DNA of 54,647 nt from a virus (taxonomy: Duplodnaviria; Caudoviricetes). A model generated the notes under the pieces. That model made no database searches and was not told the origin of the DNA. It saw only the letters and a list, made by a program, of their open reading frames with translations. Position 1 is the first letter of the stretch. Every line of letters starts with the position of its first letter. The stretch is from positions 1 to 54,647 of IMG/VR virus record IMGVR_UViG_3300048589_001642; one strand, written 5' to 3'. Below are positions 29,314-37,108 of the stretch, in pieces. Both the position numbers and the translations under genes were made by a program.

Positions 29314-29976
29314 CTAGGAGCCCGAGCCGACCGCCGCGTAGTCGCAGGCGGCCTCGGGGAGGAACGAGTCGAAGAACCAGGCCGGGCGGCCGTCCGGGTT
29401 GTCGTACTCCGCGGGCATGTCGCCGTAGGGGTCCCCGAACGCCGGGTTGTTCTCCGAGTAGCCCGTCGCCGTGATGGTCGCGAACTCGGCCGAGAACTCG
29501 TTGTCGCCGAGGCGCCACACCGACTTCGGAACGACCCACCGGATGTACGGGACCCCGGCGAGCGGCTTGTCGCCGTCCCAGGCCCGCGTCCAGAACTCGA
29601 AGCCGATGCCGCCGGCCGTGAGGTCGCAGGCGCCGATGCCGGCCGGGAGGATGTTGCCGATGTACTCGCCCTCCTCCGCGCCGGGGATGAGGTCGGCGCC
29701 GAACATCAGCTCGAAGAGCGCGGCCTCCAGGCGGCAGTTGTCGAGCTCGTAGAGCCACCGCTTGATCTGGTCCGGCGCCTTGTAGGTGAGGCAGGCGCAG
29801 TCGGCTCCGTTCTTCTGGATCCGGTCCTCGCCCTCCTCGACGTCGGCGTTCATCGCGACGCGCATCGGGTGGCCGGTGACGTAGCTCGAGGTCGCGCCAT
29901 CGACGGGGGTGCCGTCGGCGTTGAGCCGGGTCGCCCGCGCGGCGAGGACGTGGATGGATCCTGGACAGCTAGCCAC
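29314..29976 (-). CDS. Major tail (tube) protein; ends in GSGS
   Basis: RATRLNADG, EEGEDRIQKNGADC pattern; position. Confidence 0.7.
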   Translation of the reverse strand: MASCPGSIHVLAARATRLNADGTPVDGATSSYVTGHPMRVAMNADVEEGEDRIQKNGADCACLTYKAPDQIKRWLYELDNCRLEAALFELMFGADLIPGAEEGEYIGNILPAGIGACDLTAGGIGFEFWTRAWDGDKPLAGVPYIRWVVPKSVWRLGDNEFSAEFATITATGYSENNPAFGDPYGDMPAEYDNPDGRPAWFFDSFLPEAACDYAAVGSGS

Positions 29977-30003
29977 GAGGGGCCTCCTGGTATCGGTGGG
30001 TCA

Positions 30004-30876
30004 TCACTCGCCCGAGCCGGAGCCGGGGAGGACGGGGGTCTCGGCCTCGCCGTGGCCGGCGAGCTGCGCGACGTGAAGGCAGCGGTCCCACTCGACGAGG
30101 ACGAGGCGCTCCGCGCGGATGACGACGTGATTCGTGTCGCGGCGCGTGACCTCGGCCGGGCGGGTGGACTGGAGGGCGATCGGGTCGAGACGGACCCGGA
30201 GGGGCCCGGTCGCGTACATCCAGGAGGACCCGGCGGGCGGGTCGTCTCCCTCGGGCGAGGTGCCCGGGTAGCCCGCTCCCGCGACGACGGGCGTCCCGAG
30301 GGCGAGGGTGCGGAGGCGCTGCCCGTCCACGACGATGAGCCCGTAGCGGGCGGCCCAGGTCGCGGCGGCGGGCGTCATGTGGATCACGCCCGCGCGGCAT
30401 GAGGACGCGATGGCCTGCTCGAGCGCGGCGATCGCGTCCACGATCCCGGCCGGGTCTCCGGCGAGCTCGGCGTCGGTGGACGCGAGCCTCGGGTTCGTCG
30501 TGACGATCTCGCCGCCCCAGAGCTCCCGCTCGATCGCGACGTGCTGCGTCGCCTCCAGCGTGAGGGTGAGCGCGGCCTCGAACTCGGTCCGCGGCCCGAC
30601 CCCGAGGGTCGAGCATGAGTCGTCCTGGTAGACGACGAACGGATCGAAGCGGCGGTCGATGCCGTCGCCCGTCGAGGGCGTGTCGCCCTCCAGAGCGGTC
30701 GGCGTCGGGTCGCAGGCGGGATCCCATCCGAGGGCGCACCCGCAGGGGTAGGGGTCGATCGCGACTCCGCCCTGCCAGCGCCCCCCCGCGTCGAGCGTCT
30801 GCGCGACGGCGAGGAGGCCCCGGAGGGGAGCCGACGGGGAGGGCCCGTCGGCTCGGATGTACTGGCGGGCGATGAC
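30004..30876 (-). CDS. Capsid-adjacent virion protein lacking a canonical start
   Basis: The frame is open from immediately after the capsid TAG (GTC ATC GCC...) to 30004; the first GTG is only at 30441; GTPVVAGAGY, WMYATG. Confidence 0.7.
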   Translation of the reverse strand, partial: VIARQYIRADGPSPSAPLRGLLAVAQTLDAGGRWQGGVAIDPYPCGCALGWDPACDPTPTALEGDTPSTGDGIDRRFDPFVVYQDDSCSTLGVGPRTEFEAALTLTLEATQHVAIERELWGGEIVTTNPRLASTDAELAGDPAGIVDAIAALEQAIASSCRAGVIHMTPAAATWAARYGLIVVDGQRLRTLALGTPVVAGAGYPGTSPEGDDPPAGSSWMYATGPLRVRLDPIALQSTRPAEVTRRDTNHVVIRAERLVLVEWDRCLHVAQLAGHGEAETPVLPGSGSGE

Positions 30877-32772
30877 CTAGCTCCCGAAGGCGAGAGCCGT
30901 CGAGGTCTCGGCGGCGCAGTCGAGGAGGCGTCCGGCCTCCTGGACCTGACCCGTGTAGCAGACCGTCGAGGTGAGCCAGTACGACTCGATCCCCGTGCGG
31001 GCGACCTTCTCGAAGGTCTCCGCGAAGAGCTGATAGTCGTTGGTCGCGTTGAGCGTCGAGTCCCGGACGAGGCCGAGGTCGAGGATCCCGTTGTCGAGGG
31101 CGATGAACGTGCCCTCGGGGAAGAACGCCCACTGGACCGTGGTCGGGAAGTCGAGCAGGGCCGAGGCGCTCTGCGCGCCGAAGACCTGCGCCGTCCCGCC
31201 CGTGACGCCGTCCTTGTACCAGGAGACCGAGACGCCGTAGCGCTCGAGCGCCGACTGGACGGTCGCCCGGACGAGGTCGGCGTGCCCGGAGGCCGGGCCG
31301 CCGCGCAGACCGTCGAGCGGCAGAGCCTCGGCGATCCACTCGGGGAGGATCACGCGGAAGCGCTGCGCGGAGCTCATGCGGTGGCGGGAGATCATCCCGG
31401 CGCGCGCCTTGAGGATCGCGCCGACGATGTCCGACATCGCGTTCCCGACCTTGGCGACCGAGACCGCCGTCGAGAGGGTCTTGATCTGGTTGAGGAACTG
31501 CGTCTCGGCGAGGCGCGAGTGCGCGGCGATCGAGAGATCGACGTAGTGCGCGATCCGCTCGGGCCAGGTCCGCACGTCGAGGTTGCCGATCGTCAGGCAG
31601 CGGTAGATCGCCTCGATCTCGGCCGTCTCCAGGTCGTCGCACTCCACGCGCAGGCACGCCTTGACGTCGCCGCCGGAGCCGGCCGCGTCCTCGTCGTCGG
31701 AGACCGTCCACACGCCGACCGATCCGGAGAGGTCCCCGATCGTGTTCGAGCGCATGTAGGTGATGCCGCCGCGCGAGGCGTTGAAGGTCGGCAGGGCGTC
31801 GCGGACGGGCCGGTCGGCGACCGCGAAGGTCTCGACGTCATACATCGGCTCGGGCGGCGCGCAGATCCCGCCGGCGGCGACGAGCGCCTGACCCTGCGCG
31901 GAGCGGCCGAGGATCGCGTCCATGATCCGGGTGTTCTCCTCGGCGTCGCCGCGGAGGCGACGGTCCTCGGGGTACTCGGTCACGACCTGCGCGACCGGGA
32001 CCTTCTCGCCGGAGGCGGCGGCGGAGGCGCGGCCGAGGTTGCGGCCGCGGGCCTGGTAGGCAAGCGCGAGCGTCCGGCGGTCCGGGATGCCCTCGCCCAT
32101 CGGGACGCCCGGGATGTCGGCTGCGGCCGTGATGGTGACCGTCGGGGCCGTTGAGCCCGGAGCGGCCTCGCGTGGAGCGTGACGGGCGGGGGCCGGCGCG
32201 CGGCGGGCGGGGCGGAGAGCGGTCGCGAGGCGGTCGGCGACCGACTGCGCGAGGGCGTCGGCGTCGATCGAGGCGACGAGCGCGGGCTCGCGGTCCTCGA
32301 CCTGCGCGGCCTCGGGGGTCTCGGGCTGCTCGTCGGCGGGCTGCTCGGCCTCGGGCTGCTCGGTCTCCTCGACTTCGGCCTCGGGGGCGGCGGCACGGGT
32401 GGCGAGCGCCTCGAGCGCCGCGGCCTGCTCCGCCTCCTGCGTGGCGAGCGTGTCGATGTGCGACGAGAGGGCGTCGCGCTGATCCAGCGCGGCGGCTGCG
32501 GCCTGCTGCGCGTCGATCGGGCTCATGTCACCGATCACGCCCGAGCGGACCTCGGGGTCGGTGGAGCGGAGCGCGTCGATGACCTGCGCGGCGCGCTCGG
32601 TGAGCTGCGTCGCGAGGGCCTCGGCGTCGGCGCGCGAGAGGGTCGAGAGGTCGGCGGGGACCTCGGGGAACAGCGCCTCGGGGTCGGCGCCACCGATGAA
32701 GGGGACGAGCCGGCCCTCGACGTCCCAGTAGGTGACGCCGTCGATCTCGATGCGGCGGATGTCTGCGGCCAT
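30877..32772 (-). CDS. Major capsid protein with N-terminal scaffold; ends in GS
   Basis: Coiled-coil N-terminus, ALVAAGGICAP, LDLGLVRDSTLNATNDY. Confidence 0.9.
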   Translation of the reverse strand: MAADIRRIEIDGVTYWDVEGRLVPFIGGADPEALFPEVPADLSTLSRADAEALATQLTERAAQVIDALRSTDPEVRSGVIGDMSPIDAQQAAAAALDQRDALSSHIDTLATQEAEQAAALEALATRAAAPEAEVEETEQPEAEQPADEQPETPEAAQVEDREPALVASIDADALAQSVADRLATALRPARRAPAPARHAPREAAPGSTAPTVTITAAADIPGVPMGEGIPDRRTLALAYQARGRNLGRASAAASGEKVPVAQVVTEYPEDRRLRGDAEENTRIMDAILGRSAQGQALVAAGGICAPPEPMYDVETFAVADRPVRDALPTFNASRGGITYMRSNTIGDLSGSVGVWTVSDDEDAAGSGGDVKACLRVECDDLETAEIEAIYRCLTIGNLDVRTWPERIAHYVDLSIAAHSRLAETQFLNQIKTLSTAVSVAKVGNAMSDIVGAILKARAGMISRHRMSSAQRFRVILPEWIAEALPLDGLRGGPASGHADLVRATVQSALERYGVSVSWYKDGVTGGTAQVFGAQSASALLDFPTTVQWAFFPEGTFIALDNGILDLGLVRDSTLNATNDYQLFAETFEKVARTGIESYWLTSTVCYTGQVQEAGRLLDCAAETSTALAFGS

Positions 32773-32867
32773 TTCGGGGGTCCTCCAGGGGGTCAGTGAC
32801 GACTCGACCCGGAGCTACGCCCGGTCTTCCGATGGGGGCCGACTAGGCCGCACCCCTCACGGGCGGG

Positions 32868-32942
32868 ATGGTAACCGCGACCCTCAAGATACGCAACCCG
32901 TCGTCCGATGCATTGACTACCGGACGGACCACCGGGTATTAT
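32868..32942. promoter_or_regulatory. Back-to-back promoters (capsid leftward; cassette rightward)
   Basis: Minus: TTGCGT-N17-TACCAT (32896 to 32868). Plus: TTGACT-N18-TATTAT (32913 to 32942). Confidence 0.7.
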
Positions 32943-32977
32943 CTATCCACGACATCGAGGGAAGAGGAACCCACGCG

Positions 32978-33334
32978 ATGACCGACTACCGCATCAACCC
33001 GACGGGCGTCACGATGCTGGACGTGGCCTCCGAGCTGAACGCCTCCGACCCGGCCGAGGGCCGCGGCGGGCACCTGGACTACCCGACGTCCGACATCGAG
33101 CGGACCGAGCGGTGCCCGGAGTGCGAGGGGTCCGGCGAGGAATGGGCCGAGGTCGACGGGCAGTACGAGGCCGTCGCCGAGTGCCGGATCTGCCTCGGCT
33201 CGGGCAAGGGCGACGACGCGGCGTGGATCCGCTACAACGCCGAGACCGAGCGCGCCCGCATCGCGGCGCAGCGCACGCGGCGGGCGATCGCCCTCGCCTT
33301 CTCGCTGGAGCGCGAGCGGGAGGCGGCCCGATGA
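32978..33334 (+). CDS. CxxCxGxG zinc-finger protein
   Basis: CPECEGSG, CRICLGSG; GGAAGAGGAACCC RBS. Confidence 0.8.
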   Translation: MTDYRINPTGVTMLDVASELNASDPAEGRGGHLDYPTSDIERTERCPECEGSGEEWAEVDGQYEAVAECRICLGSGKGDDAAWIRYNAETERARIAAQRTRRAIALAFSLEREREAAR

Positions 33335-33558
33335 GCGCCGTCCCGATCTACCTCATCCTCCGCGACGACGGCGCCCCCGAGGGGGTCTACGCCTCGACCG
33401 ACGAGGCGGCGCGGGATCAGGCGCTCCTCGAGCTTCTGCTCGGCCAGGAGGCCGGCGTCCGCTACACGCCCGACGTGCTGCTCGTCGGCGACCGGGCGGT
33501 CGTCGATCACCTCATCGAGACGGCGAACGCGGAGCGGTGCGAGGCGGTCTACGGGTGA
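33331..33558 (+). CDS. Hypothetical protein
   Basis: ATGA coupling; MSAVPIYLIL... Confidence 0.7.
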   Translation: MSAVPIYLILRDDGAPEGVYASTDEAARDQALLELLLGQEAGVRYTPDVLLVGDRAVVDHLIETANAERCEAVYG

Positions 33559-33738
33559 CCTGCGACCGCTGCCATGACGCCCCCCCCCCTGGTCTGCGCG
33601 ATCGACGCGCCCGAGCAAGACGGCGGACTGATGTTCGGTGACCCCCTGCTCGGCCTGCTGCTCTGCGGGTCCTGTCTGACCGCCACCGAGGCCGACGGCC
33701 CGTGGTCATCGGTCGAGCGTCTGGACGTTGCCGCATGA
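33555..33738 (+). pseudogene. Zinc-finger mini-protein frameshifted at a C10 tract
   Basis: With C9 instead of C10 (33580-33589) it reads MTCDRCHDAPPLVC...LLLCGSC...DVAA, coupled to both neighbours. Confidence 0.65.
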
Positions 33739-33938
33739 CGACGACCGTCGGCGAGGTCATGCGCGAGAACGCCCGGGCCGCCGGGATCGACCTCTCGCAC
33801 GTTGACGACGCCGAGCTCGGCGTCCGCTTCGTCTCGATGCCCGTCGCTCTGACCGAGGAGGAGCGCCTCGTGTCGATCTGGATGCGCTACGGGATGCCCG
33901 AGGCTCCGGTTGATGCGCGGGGTAGAGTGCGGGCATGA
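33735..33938 (+). CDS. Hypothetical protein ending DARGRVRA
   Basis: ATGA coupling at both ends. Confidence 0.7.
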   Translation: MTTTVGEVMRENARAAGIDLSHVDDAELGVRFVSMPVALTEEERLVSIWMRYGMPEAPVDARGRVRA

Positions 33939-34175
33939 GATCCCGCTCGCGCCCGGCGCAGGTCGGCCTACGCGACGACCGCTGCTCCTGCTCCGGCCTC
34001 ATCCTTCTCGACGGCCGCCACGTCACGCTCGGGGATTGCTGCGATTGGTGCGCCCGTGGTCAGCGCGTCGGCGGCGACTGGAGCGCGGCCTTCCACGACT
34101 ACCCCCTTCCGCTGCCCACCTACAACTACGCTCCGAGAGGGCCGCTCGATGCGCGGGGTAGGGTGCGGGCGTGAG
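33912..34175 (+). repeat. 28-bp direct repeat pair (33912-33939; 34148-34175)
   Basis: gatgcgcggggtag[a/g]gtgcgggc[a/g]tgag, 26/28 identical. Confidence 0.95.
33935..34174 (+). CDS. Cys-rich hypothetical protein ending DARGRVRA
   Basis: CSC...CCDWC; bounded by the direct repeats. Confidence 0.6.
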   Translation: MRSRSRPAQVGLRDDRCSCSGLILLDGRHVTLGDCCDWCARGQRVGGDWSAAFHDYPLPLPTYNYAPRGPLDARGRVRA

Positions 34176-34491
34176 CGGATTCGTAGGACTTCTGAACGTC
34201 TCCCCCGAGGGGGTCATCCGCGAGCCCGCGGGCGGCGGGTACGCGCGACTCAAGATCGCCGAAGGGCGCGACCTCTATCGGCAGCTTTCGTTTCCCGGAC
34301 CGACTTCGGAATGGATGGACGGCCTCCCCGTGACGGCGGTCGGCGTCTTCTTGAGCCCGGACGACCCTGTGCCCGTTCGCGTCATCGACCTATTCGGCCG
34401 CGGCCGATCGTCGATGATCGGGGTCGATCTCGCCCTCAAGGTCTCGCAGTCGAGCACGGTCGAGCAGGTCCCCGAAGTGCGGCGGGCCTAG
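34171..34491 (+). CDS. Diverged paralog of virion protein 15133..15525
   Basis: FVGLL...EPAGGGYAR...FPGPTS versus YLGLL...ELSYPGYVR...FPGPTS. Confidence 0.6.
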   Translation: MSGFVGLLNVSPEGVIREPAGGGYARLKIAEGRDLYRQLSFPGPTSEWMDGLPVTAVGVFLSPDDPVPVRVIDLFGRGRSSMIGVDLALKVSQSSTVEQVPEVRRA

Positions 34492-35834
34492 ACCCTCTCG
34501 GCCAGGCGGGCGAGCTCGGGCTCGACGACCCGGGTCGCGAGGCGCTCCAGGTCGGGCGCCTGCACGCGGCGCGCCAGAGCGTCGAGGCCGGCGACGAATC
34601 CGCTCGCGTCCGCAGAGACCGTCACGGTCGCCCCGGCCGTGACCGTGCGCCGGACCTTCGTCATGCGGCCCATCACGCGAGCGGTCTGCGTGGCGACGCG
34701 CAGGGCGCCGGCCGCGATGAGCGAGACGGCGCGATCGGTCGACTCGCCCGGGGCGTAGGAGCCGCGGGGGATCGGGTAGCCCGGCACGTTGACCGCGAGC
34801 GCCCCGATCATCTCGAGGTTCCCGCGGTAGTCGCGCCAATCCCCGGAGAGCTTGGCGGCGCGGAGCTCGACGAGCTGCGACTCCGAGAGGCCGGGCCGCA
34901 GGGCGCCGGCAACCCAGATCCCGTGAGGGTCCTCGCCCGAGGCGACGTCGGCGACGGCCGCGCCCGTGTGCTCGTAGTGCTCGCGGGCGGCCTTCGCGCC
35001 GAGGGCCATCCCGGCGTGGTTGGTCGCGAGGGTGATCTGACCTACGGCGACGGGCCCGCGGTCGGTCTCGCGCTCGCCGAGACGGAAGAGGGCGTAGTCG
35101 GTCGCCGAGGTCGGAGGCTGGACGCATGAGCCGGGGTAGCCGACGTGGCAGCTCCCCCAGGCGGCGAGGTGCCCGAAGATCCGGCCCTCGGGGGTGATGG
35201 TCATGGGCGTCGGGCCGTCGAGCATCGGGTCGGCGAACCACTCGGCCGGCGGGAGCGCGGGGGCCGAGGAGGCGACGAGCGCGTCGAGCGCCTGGATCTG
35301 CCCCTCGGCGAAGGCGGGCGTCGCGACGACGGTCGCCGCCATGATCGTCCCGGCCTGGACGCGCAGGGAGACGACCGTCTCGACCTGGAGCCAGACCTCG
35401 TCGTCGTCGGCCGTCGCCTCGGGCTCGTCGAGGTCGATCAGATCGTCCGACTCGGGGATCTCCTTGCCCTCCTCATCGACGAGGGCGACGCCCGCGTCCA
35501 TCGGGGCGAGCATGTAGAGGTCGAGGCCGACGTCCACGGAGACGCCGCGGACGACTCCCTGCCGGATGAGGTCGATCGCCGAGAGGACCGTCGTGTCCTC
35601 GGTCTCGGCCCACGTCCCGCGCCCGACGATGTCCGCCGTCCCCTCGCCCGTGCCGACGCGCTCGATCTCGGTGATCGCGCCGATCGCGAAGGCCGTGTCG
35701 TGGCCGGCGGCCGTCTCCGGCTGGAACATCAGCGTGAGCGGCAGGTCCCGCCATGAGACCGAGTCAAGGTCGAAGAGGCGACCGTCGCCGGTCGGCGTGC
35801 CCTCGACCATCAGGACTGCTTCCCATTCGTTCAC
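34488..35834 (-). CDS. Capsid maturation protease-like protein
   Basis: EGTPTGDGR, GVSVD, ATVVATPAFAE, GHLAAWGSCH, LSGDWR. Confidence 0.75.
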   Translation of the reverse strand: MNEWEAVLMVEGTPTGDGRLFDLDSVSWRDLPLTLMFQPETAAGHDTAFAIGAITEIERVGTGEGTADIVGRGTWAETEDTTVLSAIDLIRQGVVRGVSVDVGLDLYMLAPMDAGVALVDEEGKEIPESDDLIDLDEPEATADDDEVWLQVETVVSLRVQAGTIMAATVVATPAFAEGQIQALDALVASSAPALPPAEWFADPMLDGPTPMTITPEGRIFGHLAAWGSCHVGYPGSCVQPPTSATDYALFRLGERETDRGPVAVGQITLATNHAGMALGAKAAREHYEHTGAAVADVASGEDPHGIWVAGALRPGLSESQLVELRAAKLSGDWRDYRGNLEMIGALAVNVPGYPIPRGSYAPGESTDRAVSLIAAGALRVATQTARVMGRMTKVRRTVTAGATVTVSADASGFVAGLDALARRVQAPDLERLATRVVEPELARLAERV

Positions 35835-35897
35835 GAGGACGACGGTAACGCATCAACCCGTCGCGCGAAAGGGTGCGAGCCGCCTACCCCGGTCGGC

Positions 35898-36272
35898 TCA
35901 GTCTTCGAGCGCCCCGTCCACCCGGGCGGCGAGGTCGGGCTCGCAGGAGCGCAGGTCGTCGGCGGCCGTCGCCATCTTCGTCCGCACCGATGCGCCGGTC
36001 GTCTCGTCGGCGAGCGCCGTCGGGGCCTGCTCGAGGACGTCGAGCGCCGGGTCGATCAGCTCGGCGGGTCGGCCGCCGGCGAGGGCGAAATCCTCGTCGG
36101 TCCCGCCGTCGCAGGCGTAGAGCGACGAGAGGCCGAACGCCGCGACGGCCTGCGCCTCGAATCCGTCGATCGTGGTCCGGGTCGGCTCGGCGACCTCGGT
36201 GTCCGACGACCCTCCCCCACCGCAGCCGGCGAGGAGGGCGAGCGCCGCGAGAGCTAGTGCGAGCCTCCACAT
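35898..36272 (-). CDS. Lipoprotein
   Basis: MWRLALALAALALLAGC lipobox; TAGGGT 7 nt upstream of ATG. Confidence 0.8.
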   Translation of the reverse strand: MWRLALALAALALLAGCGGGGSSDTEVAEPTRTTIDGFEAQAVAAFGLSSLYACDGGTDEDFALAGGRPAELIDPALDVLEQAPTALADETTGASVRTKMATAADDLRSCEPDLAARVDGALED

Positions 36273-37108
36273 GCGCCGCACCCTACAGAGGCGAGGAGGG
36301 CCGAGGACCCGAGGGGGCCGTCGTAGCCCTCCGGGCCATCGGCCATGACGACCGAGCAGCGGCACGCGATGACGTTCCCGGCCGAGCCGGACGGGTCGCC
36401 CGGGTAGTCGAGCTCGTCGCCGCCGACGGCGAAGGTGTCGTCGATCCGGCGGGTCTGCCCGGCCGCGTTCGCGTGAGCCTGCCGGGTGCGGGCGTCGTTG
36501 GTCGCGAGCCAGGTCTTCCACTCGGCAGCGCCCGAGAGGCGGGCGGCCGCGACCGAGCCGGCGTTGGCGATCGCGACGAGCTCGGTCCGGGCGATCGTGC
36601 GGGCGCGGACGGGGGCGACGGCGGCGACCTTCGTGCGGATGTCCCGCGCGGCCTGCGGGATGCTCGCCCCCGTGTCGTAGCTCGCCTGGAGGGAGTCGCG
36701 CACGAGGTCCCAGGCCGAGGAGGAGAGGTCCGTCCGATTGCGGACCGACCGCAGCACCCCGGCGAGGACGGGATTGGCGAGGTCGAAAGCGACGCCGAGG
36801 GCCGCTCCGATCTCGGCCATCGTCACGCGGAGCGCCTCGGCGCGGACGCGCTCGATCGCTCCCGTGTGCCGGCCGACCCATGACTCGTCGAGGCGACGGC
36901 GCAGCTCCGCCGTGAGGGCCTCCGGCTCGGCCGCCGTCCAGGCCGCGGCCGTGAGACTGTCGCCCCGATGCGACAGATCCTCGGCGACCATCGCCCCGAG
37001 CGATCGGAGCGCCGTCGCGTGGACCTCCTCTACCCGCGTCAGGCGGCGGGCGAGGGCGTCATGCGCGAGACCGATCCCCCGGTTCAGGTCCGCGGGGGAC
37101 GGGGTCAT
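36254..37108 (-). CDS. MuF-like minor head protein
   Basis: RARTIARTE, KTWLATNDARTRQAH, YPGDP...NVIACRC. Confidence 0.9.
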   Translation of the reverse strand: MTPSPADLNRGIGLAHDALARRLTRVEEVHATALRSLGAMVAEDLSHRGDSLTAAAWTAAEPEALTAELRRRLDESWVGRHTGAIERVRAEALRVTMAEIGAALGVAFDLANPVLAGVLRSVRNRTDLSSSAWDLVRDSLQASYDTGASIPQAARDIRTKVAAVAPVRARTIARTELVAIANAGSVAAARLSGAAEWKTWLATNDARTRQAHANAAGQTRRIDDTFAVGGDELDYPGDPSGSAGNVIACRCSVVMADGPEGYDGPLGSSALLASVGCGACGGSH

